This document shows positions 1 through 9,042 of a DNA stretch of 45,401 nucleotides, piece by piece. The position numbers and the translations under genes were made by a program. Positions within the stretch are counted from its first letter, which is position 1. Each line of letters starts with the position of its first letter. This DNA comes from Flavobacteriaceae bacterium (GTDB taxonomy: Bacteria > Bacteroidota > Bacteroidia > Flavobacteriales > Flavobacteriaceae). The notes below the pieces were generated by a model, which saw only the letters and a list, made by a program, of their open reading frames with translations, was not told the DNA's origin and did no database searches. Location: positions 1 through 45,401 of the forward strand of contig JAYNHN010000002.1 in assembly GCA_038108035.1 (NCBI GenBank). The letters are read 5' to 3'.

Positions 1-399
1 CTTGGGATTGGCTTAGCACAAATTCCATGGGTTGCCAAGCTGGAAGGGAGTCATGATTTGCGGTTGTATTTGGTTTTTCTATTTTTGGCTGTAATTGGTG
101 CCTATTGCGAGTTCAGTGCGGTTTATCAGCTTCGGGAAATTGGAATGACTCTTTTGCTTTTCACGAGTCTTGCGGTACTATTGCATGGAGTGATCATCAT
201 TCTGATTGGAGGCTTGATTTATCGTGACTGGGAGATGATCGCCATTGTAAGTCAAGCCAATATTGGTGGGGGAGCATCTGCCATTGCAGTTGCGGAGACC
301 TTTGATCGTAAAGACCTTATTTTGCCGGCTATTTTAGTAGGAACTTTAGGAAACGCTTTGGGAACCTATCTAGGTTTTTTTGTGGTTTATATAGTATAA
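1..399 (+). CDS. 3' part of a DUF819-type polytopic membrane protein (gene starts upstream of the window)
   Basis: Frame 1 is open from base 1 (LGIGLAQIPWVAKLEG...) and runs into the listed 58..399 ORF. It has hydrophobic helices. The C-terminal SQANIGGGASAIAVAE...ILVGTLGNALGTYLGFF pattern resembles DUF819 proteins (from memory). Confidence 0.55.
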   Translation, partial: LGIGLAQIPWVAKLEGSHDLRLYLVFLFLAVIGAYCEFSAVYQLREIGMTLLLFTSLAVLLHGVIIILIGGLIYRDWEMIAIVSQANIGGGASAIAVAETFDRKDLILPAILVGTLGNALGTYLGFFVVYIV

Positions 400-552
400 A
401 AAGGGTCAATCTATTTTCAACCCAAACGGGCATTTAGCGTGTTTGATCCTTCTAATTTTATACTCTAGTTTACCAATTGATTTATACTTATTTTTAAACC
501 ATCAAATCAAAAAAAGCGTTGAATTTCCTTTGAGATTAATCCGATTGAATTC

Positions 553-1671
553 ATGACACGATTTAAAAAAATGCTAATAGGAATAGGAGCTGTGCTCGGT
601 CTTTTGGGAGGGATATATTTTTTGACCGTTCACCTTTACCCCTCTTTTGGTGCAGACCTTACCAAAGAAAAGAAAGAAATCTACGAAACGTTGGAAAATT
701 TTGATCAGGGAACGTTTCGAAACCGACAAGACGTTCCAAAAAAACTCAGTTTTAACGAAACAGTAAAATTGACCTATAAATATTTTACGACCCATGTAGA
801 AAAGGATACTCCATCAAAAGATCTGGAGATTCTAAAGGTCGATCCGGAATCTCTGGATCATTTTTTGGGTACTCGATTAGTTTGGGTAGGTCATTCCACC
901 TTTTTGATCCAAACCGAAGAAAAAAACATTTTGATCGACCCCATGTTTGGAGCGGTTCCTGCTCCGTTAAATTTTTTGGGAAACAAACGCTTTTATGACG
1001 AGCTTCCAATCGAGATTGAGCAACTCCCAAAAATAGACTACGTCATCCTCTCTCACGATCATTACGATCATTTGGATTATGAATCCATACAAAGGTTAAA
1101 ATCAAAAGTAAATCAGTTTTTAGTTCCCTTAGGGGTTGGTTCCCATTTGAAAAAATGGGGAATAGATTCCAAAAAAATTATTGAAATGAATTGGTGGGAA
1201 GAACACACTTTGGAAGAGATTCGGTTTGTTTGTACCCCTGCTCAACACTTTTCGGGAAGAAAGCTTTCAAATGGACAAGAAACCCTTTGGGCATCTTGGG
1301 TCATTTTAGCAGATTCGTTATCACTTTATTTTAGTGGTGACAGTGGCTACGACATTCACTTTCAACAAATCGGTCAGAAATTTGGACCCTTTGATATTTC
1401 TTTATTAGAATGCGGACAATACAACAAAATGTGGTCAGATATTCACATGTTTCCCAATGAAACCGTTCAGGCAGGAATCGATTTGAAATCAAAAAAAATT
1501 ATCCCAATTCATTGGGGTGCTTTCAAATTAGCACTTCACCCATGGAATGAGCCAGCCATAAATGTTATTAAGGAAGCACAATTAAAAAACTTGAAAATTG
1601 AAATCCCCAAAATAGGAGCATTTATTTATAAAGACTCGACCCAAAAGGATTCAATCCCTTGGTGGGAATAA
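553..1671 (+). CDS. MBL-fold metallo-hydrolase (NAPE-PLD-like), N-terminally membrane anchored
   Basis: 372-aa ORF with an ATG start. It has an N-terminal hydrophobic helix (MLIGIGAVLGLLGGIYFLTV) and the metallo-beta-lactamase motif ILSHDHYDHLD. Confidence 0.85.
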   Translation: MTRFKKMLIGIGAVLGLLGGIYFLTVHLYPSFGADLTKEKKEIYETLENFDQGTFRNRQDVPKKLSFNETVKLTYKYFTTHVEKDTPSKDLEILKVDPESLDHFLGTRLVWVGHSTFLIQTEEKNILIDPMFGAVPAPLNFLGNKRFYDELPIEIEQLPKIDYVILSHDHYDHLDYESIQRLKSKVNQFLVPLGVGSHLKKWGIDSKKIIEMNWWEEHTLEEIRFVCTPAQHFSGRKLSNGQETLWASWVILADSLSLYFSGDSGYDIHFQQIGQKFGPFDISLLECGQYNKMWSDIHMFPNETVQAGIDLKSKKIIPIHWGAFKLALHPWNEPAINVIKEAQLKNLKIEIPKIGAFIYKDSTQKDSIPWWE

Positions 1672-1682
1672 TTTTTCCTAAT

Positions 1683-1705
1683 GACCGTAATGAGGACGGT
1701 TTTTT
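1683..1705 (+). terminator. Candidate intrinsic terminator after the MBL hydrolase gene
   Basis: GACCGT (1683..1688) pairs with ACGGTT (1696..1701): 6 bp including one G-U. The loop is AATGAGG and a T run follows to 1705. It lies 12 nt after the stop codon. Confidence 0.45.
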
Positions 1706-1785
1706 AATAAAAGTGTTTAGGAGAACTCTTGCATATTCTTTACCAATAAAAGAGTTCAAAAAATTTAGTACATTTCAAATAAAAA

Positions 1786-3834
1786 ATGAGATTTTCAACA
1801 CCATTTTTCTTAATCGTTCTTTTTTTCTCTTTATTAAGTTGTCAAACCGAAGAATCCCTGTTGGAGGTAGCTCCTGTTTTTTCGGATCATATGGTCTTAC
1901 AGCAAGAAAGTGAAGTCCCTATTTGGGGATCCGGTACCCCCGGGCTATGGGTTGAAATTAAATCGGGCTGGGGCAAAGAAACGAAGGTAGAGGTAAATGA
2001 AAAGGGTCAATGGCAAGCAATTCTTGAAACCCCTTCCTACGGAGGCCCTTTTGAACTGGTTGTATCTTGCTCACAGCAACAAGTAGTCTTTAAAGAGGTT
2101 CTGATTGGGGAAGTTTGGTTAGCTTCCGGACAGTCCAACATGGAATGGCCCATGCGTGCGCGAATTAAGAACCAAAAGGAAGAAATTCAAAACGCCAATT
2201 ACCCCAAGATCCGAATGTTTACGGTTCCTAGGAATCTAAATGGGACCAATATCAACTCAGCAGAATGGAAGATAACATCCCCAGAAAACGCAAAAGATTT
2301 TAGTGCGGTAGCCTATTTTTTTGCACGAGAGCTTAACCAGAAGTTAACGATCCCTGTGGGGATTATCAATACCTCTTGGGGAGGGACACGTGTTGAAGCG
2401 TGGACGAGTATTGAAAAACTGGCAAGTTTAGCTCCCAGTCAAGATGAGGCGGAAGCGATTGTAACTATGGGAGGCATGGATGCCTTACAAGCTCAAAAGA
2501 AAAAGGAAAACGAAAAAAGAACCCAAGCAAACGAAAAGTATCTTAATATCAAAAGTATTTCCATTCCTGAAAGTATAGAGTCTTGGAATGCATTGGAGGT
2601 CAACGATACGGATTTTTCTTCTCCTGAGTTTGACGATTCTTCTTGGAAAACTCACCAAGCCAGTGGAGTTGAAAAGGACTTTATTACTTTCGAAACATTT
2701 TTTGAAAAAGGGAGCTTAGCGGAAGACGGTGTTCTTTGGTTTAGAAAATCCTTTGATCTTGACAATCCCGAGGCTAATTTTACATTCAAAGTAAAGGGTG
2801 GAATTGATGATTTTGATTATACTTACATCAATGGAATTCTCATAGGGAATACATTGGCCTGCTGTATGGATCGATCCTATATAATCCCGGAAGGATTGCT
2901 AAAAGAAAAGAACAATATTCTAGCCATTCGAGTATTGGACACAGGGGGTGAAGGGGGGTTTAGAGGATCCGTACATTTGGAAAGTGAAACGGAAAAACTT
3001 CAACTGGATCAGGGTTTGTGGCGTTTCAAACACCACGCCTTTTATTTGAACACATCCATTCAGCAACACGGTCTGACTTATGAGAAGTTGATTCAGGAGG
3101 AACCCAATTTAAAAAAACAGATCCAGAAAGGAGAATCGATTAATAATCCAAATTTCTACAGCATCCTTTTCAACACCATGATTCAGCCCGTAATGCCCTA
3201 CGGAATAAAGGGCTTTTTATGGTATCAGGGGGAAAGCAATGTTTCAAACCATCAAGAGTATCAAACGTTATTCTCGGGGATGATTACCGATTGGAGAGCA
3301 GGATGGGGAAAGGATTTGCCTTTTTATTTTGTTCAAATAGCACCATTTAAATACACTTTGGAGGCGAATTCTCAAGCTCTTCGAGATGCCCAACGCAAAA
3401 CCTTGTCATTAGAAAAGACCGGTATGGCTATAACTTTGGATATTGGAGAGGAAAATGACATTCACCCTTCAAATAAGCAAGACGTTGGATACCGCTTGGC
3501 TCAATTGGCTTTGTCCAATGATTATAACCAATCGGAGGTAGTAGCTTCGGGACCACTTTATAAGAAACAAAGGGTACATACGGATTATATTGATCTCTAC
3601 TTTGACTTTGTGGGGTCGGGTTTAGTAGCTAAAGGAGATTTAGAGGGCTTTGAAATTGCAGCGGAAGACGGTTCTTTTTTTCCAGCTCAAGCAGAAATTG
3701 TAGGTGACAAAATTCGAGTTTCTTCCAAAAAAGTAAAAGATCCGCAAAGGGTTCGATATGGATGGGAAAACTATTTTGAAGCCACATTGTTCAATAAGGA
3801 GGGGCTTCCGGCATCTTCCTTTGAAACCCCCTAA
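1786..3834 (+). CDS. Sialate O-acetylesterase family lipoprotein with an inserted galactose-binding-like domain
   Basis: 682-aa ORF. The lipoprotein signal is LFFSLLSCQTE. The SASA/SGNH motifs SGQSNMEWPM and WYQGESN are present, separated by a roughly 200-aa insert. Confidence 0.85.
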   Translation: MRFSTPFFLIVLFFSLLSCQTEESLLEVAPVFSDHMVLQQESEVPIWGSGTPGLWVEIKSGWGKETKVEVNEKGQWQAILETPSYGGPFELVVSCSQQQVVFKEVLIGEVWLASGQSNMEWPMRARIKNQKEEIQNANYPKIRMFTVPRNLNGTNINSAEWKITSPENAKDFSAVAYFFARELNQKLTIPVGIINTSWGGTRVEAWTSIEKLASLAPSQDEAEAIVTMGGMDALQAQKKKENEKRTQANEKYLNIKSISIPESIESWNALEVNDTDFSSPEFDDSSWKTHQASGVEKDFITFETFFEKGSLAEDGVLWFRKSFDLDNPEANFTFKVKGGIDDFDYTYINGILIGNTLACCMDRSYIIPEGLLKEKNNILAIRVLDTGGEGGFRGSVHLESETEKLQLDQGLWRFKHHAFYLNTSIQQHGLTYEKLIQEEPNLKKQIQKGESINNPNFYSILFNTMIQPVMPYGIKGFLWYQGESNVSNHQEYQTLFSGMITDWRAGWGKDLPFYFVQIAPFKYTLEANSQALRDAQRKTLSLEKTGMAITLDIGEENDIHPSNKQDVGYRLAQLALSNDYNQSEVVASGPLYKKQRVHTDYIDLYFDFVGSGLVAKGDLEGFEIAAEDGSFFPAQAEIVGDKIRVSSKKVKDPQRVRYGWENYFEATLFNKEGLPASSFETP

Positions 3835-3858
3835 AATTTAAATGTTTCCCATTTTAGT

Positions 3859-4422
3859 ATGAAGCCGACCCAAACATTTTTGTCATCTGCCATAGCACAA
3901 TTTAGGTATTATCAACAGTTGGGCGAACAGACCCTTGCACAAATTCCAGAAGATCAATTTAGTTTTAAAATCAACGAGAAATCGAATAACATCAACGTTT
4001 TAATTCAACATTTATCGGGGAATATGCTTTCCAGATGGACAGATTTTTTAAACAGCGATGGAGAAAAAGCGGAAAGAAAAAGGGATCAAGAATTTGAAGA
4101 TACGATCCAAACAAAAGAGCAGCGGACACAAATTTGGGACAAAGGGTGGAACAGACTATTTTCTACCCTAGCAGAGCTCAAGGAGCAAGATTTAGAAAAA
4201 ATCGTCTTTATTAGAAATCAAGGACATACCGTGACAGAATGCATTAACAGACAACTTTGTCATTATTCCTATCACATTGGTCAGCTAGTTTTATTGGGCA
4301 AAATTATTTGTGGCAATCAGTGGAAACCTCTTTCTATTCCGAAAGGGTTAAGCGAAAAATTTAACGCTAAACATTTTTCTAAAAAGAAAGAAAGAAAACA
4401 CTTTTTGGACGACAGAGGTTGA
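3859..4422 (+). CDS. DinB-superfamily protein (DUF1572-like)
   Basis: 187-aa ORF. The LIQHLSGNMLSRWTDFLNSDGEKAERKRDQEFE block is typical of DUF1572/DinB-like proteins. Confidence 0.75.
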   Translation: MKPTQTFLSSAIAQFRYYQQLGEQTLAQIPEDQFSFKINEKSNNINVLIQHLSGNMLSRWTDFLNSDGEKAERKRDQEFEDTIQTKEQRTQIWDKGWNRLFSTLAELKEQDLEKIVFIRNQGHTVTECINRQLCHYSYHIGQLVLLGKIICGNQWKPLSIPKGLSEKFNAKHFSKKKERKHFLDDRG

Positions 4423-4475
4423 TATAAAACGATAGAAGCATTTACAATCTAAGAAAGATTTTATTTTCGCCCGGA

Positions 4476-5525
4476 TTAATGAATCGATTGAACTACTGCT
4501 TTTGGGGCTTCTTTTCTCGATCCGTCAAAGCCATTGATTCCACTCACCGTTGTGTATTTCAGCACATATTTTTTGTTTGGATGGATAATTTTATAAGCTG
4601 CTTGGCACATGAGTGTGGCTTCGTGAAATCCGCACAAGATCAATTTTAATTTTCCAGGATAGGTGTTTACATCCCCAATGGCAAAGACTCCGGGAATATT
4701 TGTTTGATAATCCAAAGGATTTACTTTAATTGCATTTTTTTCAATTTCAAGCCCCCACTCGGAAAGGGGACCCAGTTTAGGCGATAATCCAAACAAAGGA
4801 ATAAAATGGTCGGTTTTAATTGTTTTTTGAATCCCTTCTCGAACAATAGTAATCCCCGTTAATTGATTCTTTCCGTGAAGTTTAATTATTTCTGCGGGTG
4901 TGATTAAGTTAATTTTTCCTTTGCGTTTTAAGGTTCTAACTTTCTCAACAGAATCCAAAGCCCCCCTAAATTCATTTCTTCGGTGAATAAGGGTTACTTT
5001 TGAGGTCATTTCTGAAAGGAAAATACTCCAATCCAGTGCAGTATCACCTCCACCGGCAATGACTACTTTTTTGTCTTTATAAATTTCTGGATTCTTTATA
5101 AAATAATCAACCCCTTTATCTTCATATTTTGCAATGGAGTCAATTGGTGGTTTTCTGGGTTCGAAAGAACCGAGACCTCCAGCAATAGCAACTACAGGAG
5201 CTTGATGTTGTGTGCCTTTGTTGGTAGTTACAACAAAGCTACCGTCATCCTGCTTCTCAATGCTTTCAGCACGCTCTCCAAGAGTGAACCCCGGTTTAAA
5301 CTGCTTTCCTTGTTCCAATAAATTCTTGGTTAAATCACCCGCCAATATTTCTGGAAATCCGGGAATATCATAAATGGGTTTTTTGGGATAAATCTCTACA
5401 CATTGACCGCCGGCTTGGGGTAAAATATCAATTAAATGACATTTTAGTTTTAATAATCCGGCCTCAAAAACGGTAAATAAACCAGTGGGACCTGCTCCAA
5501 TCAATAGGATATCTGTTTTAATCAT
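4476..5525 (-). CDS. Thioredoxin-reductase-like ferredoxin-NADP(+) reductase (YumC type)
   Basis: 349-aa ORF with two dinucleotide-binding motifs (LLIGAGPTGLF; VIAGGGDTALDW). There is no CxxC redox pair. It starts 9 nt after the upstream sirC-like stop, so it is the last gene of the sulfur operon. Confidence 0.85.
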   Translation of the reverse strand: MIKTDILLIGAGPTGLFTVFEAGLLKLKCHLIDILPQAGGQCVEIYPKKPIYDIPGFPEILAGDLTKNLLEQGKQFKPGFTLGERAESIEKQDDGSFVVTTNKGTQHQAPVVAIAGGLGSFEPRKPPIDSIAKYEDKGVDYFIKNPEIYKDKKVVIAGGGDTALDWSIFLSEMTSKVTLIHRRNEFRGALDSVEKVRTLKRKGKINLITPAEIIKLHGKNQLTGITIVREGIQKTIKTDHFIPLFGLSPKLGPLSEWGLEIEKNAIKVNPLDYQTNIPGVFAIGDVNTYPGKLKLILCGFHEATLMCQAAYKIIHPNKKYVLKYTTVSGINGFDGSRKEAPKAVVQSIH

Positions 5526-5534
5526 GTTATTATA

Positions 5535-6113
5535 TTAGGGTAAAAATTGTTTCGTTAATGTATTTAATTGCTCTACTTTTTGTTTCAACGTTCCTTTGAT
5601 TTCTTTTCTGTATAGATTTAAATTATAAATCAATTCTTCGATTTGCTCGGGGAGTATTCCTTCAAAAAACTGACGCAAGATTTTAGCAGTGGTTGGAGAC
5701 TTACCGTTAGTCGAAAATGCTATTTTTAAATCTCCTTTGGTAACAATGCCTCCTAGATAAAAATCGCAGAGACTTGGAGAGTCTGCTACATTTATCAGCA
5801 ATCCTCTTTTTTTAACATCGTCGAATATTTGCTGATTGAGGGGAATTCTATTGGTTGCTGCAATAACCAAATCTTTGCCCTCAAGATGAGACTGATCATA
5901 ATTATCCGAGATCAATTTTATAGGGTATTCTTTTGTATATTCAATAAGGGTAGTATGAAATGAAGGAGCAACGATCACGATGTTAGCATTTGGACTGGAT
6001 TTCAACAAAAAGGATAGTTTTTCAAGTGCCACATCACCCCCGCCAACAATCAGCGTTTGAATCCGATTCATTTTCAAAAAAACAGGGTATAATGAGTTCT
6101 GTTTTACATCCAT
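5535..6113 (-). CDS. Precorrin-2 dehydrogenase / sirohydrochlorin ferrochelatase (siroheme synthase N-domain type)
   Basis: It has the Rossmann motif TLIVGGGDVALEKL. I place the start at ATG 6113 (MDVKQNSLYPVFLKM...), 13 nt after the cobA stop. The ORF track's alternative ATG at 6152 would overlap cobA by 26 nt. Confidence 0.8.
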   Translation of the reverse strand: MDVKQNSLYPVFLKMNRIQTLIVGGGDVALEKLSFLLKSSPNANIVIVAPSFHTTLIEYTKEYPIKLISDNYDQSHLEGKDLVIAATNRIPLNQQIFDDVKKRGLLINVADSPSLCDFYLGGIVTKGDLKIAFSTNGKSPTTAKILRQFFEGILPEQIEELIYNLNLYRKEIKGTLKQKVEQLNTLTKQFLP

Positions 6114-6126
6114 TCTAAGGGTTGAT

Positions 6127-6894
6127 TTAGGATTGTTGATTGAGATGTTCATAAAAGGGTTTTAATGGGATGCGGTGTTTGACAACCTCACCAATAATAA
6201 TAACTGCAGGAGCGGACAGATTTTTTTCTTTAACCACTTCAAGAATGGAATCGATGGTTCCCAACCCCACCCTTTCATTGGCGAAAGTTCCCTTTTCAAT
6301 TATAGCGGCTGCCCAGCATCCTTTTCCATGCGCTTTAAACAATCGGACAATTTCGGGAAGCCTACTCATTCCCATTAACAGTACAAGGGTTGCCCTAGAC
6401 TGAATGGCTAAGGCAATATCATCGGATAATTTATTCGCTGAGGTACTTCCGGTAAGTACCCAAAAGCTCTCACTGACCCCTCGCTTGGTCAGTGGAATTC
6501 CTTGAAGAGCAGGAACTCCGATTGAAGAAGAAATCCCTGGAACTACTTCACAATTGATTCCAAATGTACGAGCGTATTCCAACTCTTCTCCTCCTCTCCC
6601 AAAAACAAAAGGATCCCCTCCCTTTAGCCGAACCACATGATTATTTGCTAGGGCGTATTCCACGATAAGCTTATTTATTTTTTGCTGAGAATATTGCTGA
6701 AATCCTTTACGCTTCCCCACAAAAACACAGATGGTAGCTTTTGGGACATGCTTTAATAATCTTGTGTTGACCAGCGCATCGTAAAGAACGACATCAGCAT
6801 CCATTAATGCTCTGCACCCTTTAAGAGTGAGTAAATCCGGATCACCGGGACCCGCACCTATCAACGTAAATTTTGGACTTTTTTTAGGTTGCAC
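6127..6894 (-). CDS. cobA: Uroporphyrinogen-III C-methyltransferase
   Basis: 255-aa ORF with the motifs LIGAGPGDPDLLTLKG and VVRLKGGDPFVFGRGGEE. It has a GTG start that overlaps the sulfite reductase stop by 11 nt. Confidence 0.9.
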   Translation of the reverse strand: MQPKKSPKFTLIGAGPGDPDLLTLKGCRALMDADVVLYDALVNTRLLKHVPKATICVFVGKRKGFQQYSQQKINKLIVEYALANNHVVRLKGGDPFVFGRGGEELEYARTFGINCEVVPGISSSIGVPALQGIPLTKRGVSESFWVLTGSTSANKLSDDIALAIQSRATLVLLMGMSRLPEIVRLFKAHGKGCWAAAIIEKGTFANERVGLGTIDSILEVVKEKNLSAPAVIIIGEVVKHRIPLKPFYEHLNQQS

Positions 6895-8047
6895 GTTGTA
6901 GTTCCTTTTTCCGATATTTTTTTATCATTTCCAAAAAAGCAACAGCTTGAGAACTATAGCTTTCTGCAAAGTGTGCTGAGGGCTCATTTGATTTGATTTG
7001 ATACACCAAACTCTTAAAATCACTTCCGAGGTGAATTTTTTGAGAATTGACAAAGGTTTCATCAAATTGAGAAAGGATTTCTGCCTTCGTATTTGTCTTT
7101 TTCTTCTCGGAGATTAATAATGCTTTTGCTCCATTGACAAAAGCAGAGTAGCTGTGATAAATGGCATCAGCGTATTTCCCGTTTTTAAAGGATGTTTTTG
7201 CAAACGATATTTTTTCTTCAGTGTCCAGCATTAGTGTAGTCACCAAATCAATCACGGTACCCGCACATTCGCCAACACCCACCGCTTGAACATATCGCTC
7301 TTCGTTTCCCCAATCGATAAAGTCTTCTTCGTTCAGATTCGTGGTGGAAGACAGGGGTATTAATAGGGTATAAAAATGAAGTTTCCCTTTTTTGTCATAA
7401 TAATCCAAGAAAGATTCTCCATTGATTCGGTGGGTGTCAAAGTCATCTAGGATTATACGTAAAGCCTGTGGACTTCTTTTAGATGGTAATTTGATTATTT
7501 TATCAGCAAACCGTCCTTTTCCATTTCCCAGTACACCTCCACCCAATAAAATTTGAACAGCTGGTACCACCAATTTTTCTTTTGTTTTGATGGACATGCC
7601 TTGAAAACCGATATGAGCCATATTGTGTTGTCCACAAGCATTCATACACCCACTTATCTTTATAGTCAAGTCTTTGTTTTCCAGGTATTTGGGGTATTCT
7701 TTTGTCAAAACACGTTCCAATTCCACTGCCATACCCGTACTACTCGCGATTCCCAAATTACAGGTGTCGGTTCCTGGACAGGCCGTGATATCTGAGGTAC
7801 TGTTAAAACCCAAATCAGTAAGACCTAGTTGGGTCAGTTCTTGATAAAAGAAAGGAAGAAAAGCCTCCTTTATATGACGTAATACCAGATTTTGACGTAA
7901 GCTGAATCGCAATTCATTTGCAGCGTATTTCTTGATCAAATGTGCAATGACACGAGCCTTTTCAGTTGTAATATCACCCAGTTTTATTTTGACCCCCAAA
8001 GCAAATAGACCTTCTTGCTTTTGAGGGATTACATGATTTTTTTCCAA
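6884..8047 (-). CDS. sir: Sulfite reductase (ferredoxin-type NiR/SiR hemoprotein), C-terminal fragment of a frame-shifted gene
   Basis: It contains the siroheme/[4Fe-4S] ligand motifs TACPGTDTCNLG and SGCMNACGQH. It has no ATG; the track's start is TTG at 8047. It continues the 8029..8982 ORF after a one-base frame change. Confidence 0.85.
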   Translation of the reverse strand: MEKNHVIPQKQEGLFALGVKIKLGDITTEKARVIAHLIKKYAANELRFSLRQNLVLRHIKEAFLPFFYQELTQLGLTDLGFNSTSDITACPGTDTCNLGIASSTGMAVELERVLTKEYPKYLENKDLTIKISGCMNACGQHNMAHIGFQGMSIKTKEKLVVPAVQILLGGGVLGNGKGRFADKIIKLPSKRSPQALRIILDDFDTHRINGESFLDYYDKKGKLHFYTLLIPLSSTTNLNEEDFIDWGNEERYVQAVGVGECAGTVIDLVTTLMLDTEEKISFAKTSFKNGKYADAIYHSYSAFVNGAKALLISEKKKTNTKAEILSQFDETFVNSQKIHLGSDFKSLVYQIKSNEPSAHFAESYSSQAVAFLEMIKKYRKKELQRAT

Positions 8048-8982
8048 AGAGTAAATTTTTTGCTGTCCACATCACCATGAGGAGGTACAGTATTGGGGTT
8101 GACGTTTATTTCTTTTTCAAAAGGCGTAGGATTGATATCGAATCGCTGAACGGAGAGCGCTTTTTGCTCTTGTTCAATCTGAGTAATAAAAGCGTCCAAA
8201 CCGATCTTTTTGATCAAAAACTTCATTCTCGCTTTCTGCCTTTTTGCTCTTTCTCCGTATCGATCAAAAACCCTTAAAACACTTTCGATCACTGGAATTA
8301 ATTTAAAACAAGGCAAGAATTCGAACAAGACATCCGCATGACGAGGTTGTGAACCCAATCCTCCTCCTAGCATTACTTTAAAACCACGAGACCCCTCTTT
8401 AATTTTGGGGATAAACCCTAAATCGTGGATATAACTAAGGGCTGTATCTTTGTCAGAGGCAGAAAAAGAAATTTTGAATTTACGTCCCATCTCCTGACAA
8501 ATAGGATTTCTTAAGAAGAACCGAAACACAGCATCTGCATAAGGGGTTACATCAAAAGGTTCTTCTTTATCCACTCCTGCCAGAGCACTAGCGGTAACAT
8601 TTCGAACTGTATTTCCACAGGCTTCACGAAGGGTTAGATCATCACGCTCCAACTGAGCCCAAAGTTCTGGAGTTCTATCCAAACTGACATGGTGAATCTG
8701 AATGTCCTGTCGGGTTGTAATATGCAATTTCCCGGTAGAATATTCATCTGCTACATCACAGATTCGCAACAACTGATTTCCTGTCACCTTTCCATACGGA
8801 AGTTTAATTCGGATCATCTGAACGCCAAGCTGTCGTTGACCGTAAATGCCCCGTGCCAAGCGTAAACTTCGAAAACGTTCTTCATCGAGTTGACCTCCCT
8901 GATAGAGATGAATTTTTTTTTCCAACTCGATGATATCTTTTTCAACAATTGGGTTTTCTATTTCCGTTCTAAAACTTTTCAT
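8029..8982 (-). CDS. sir: Sulfite reductase (ferredoxin-type NiR/SiR hemoprotein), N-terminal fragment
   Basis: 317-aa ORF with an ATG start. It has the N-terminal NiR/SiR ferredoxin-like half-domain pattern (RLARGIYGQRQ..., ITTRQDIQIHHV). It ends in ...FTLWKKIM* just after an A7 run. Confidence 0.85.
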   Translation of the reverse strand: MKSFRTEIENPIVEKDIIELEKKIHLYQGGQLDEERFRSLRLARGIYGQRQLGVQMIRIKLPYGKVTGNQLLRICDVADEYSTGKLHITTRQDIQIHHVSLDRTPELWAQLERDDLTLREACGNTVRNVTASALAGVDKEEPFDVTPYADAVFRFFLRNPICQEMGRKFKISFSASDKDTALSYIHDLGFIPKIKEGSRGFKVMLGGGLGSQPRHADVLFEFLPCFKLIPVIESVLRVFDRYGERAKRQKARMKFLIKKIGLDAFITQIEQEQKALSVQRFDINPTPFEKEINVNPNTVPPHGDVDSKKFTLWKKIM

Positions 8983-9042
8983 AAAGGGCTTTAACTATTT
9001 GATGGTGGGTAATTCGAGATTAGTTGTTTATTTAAAGAAAAA

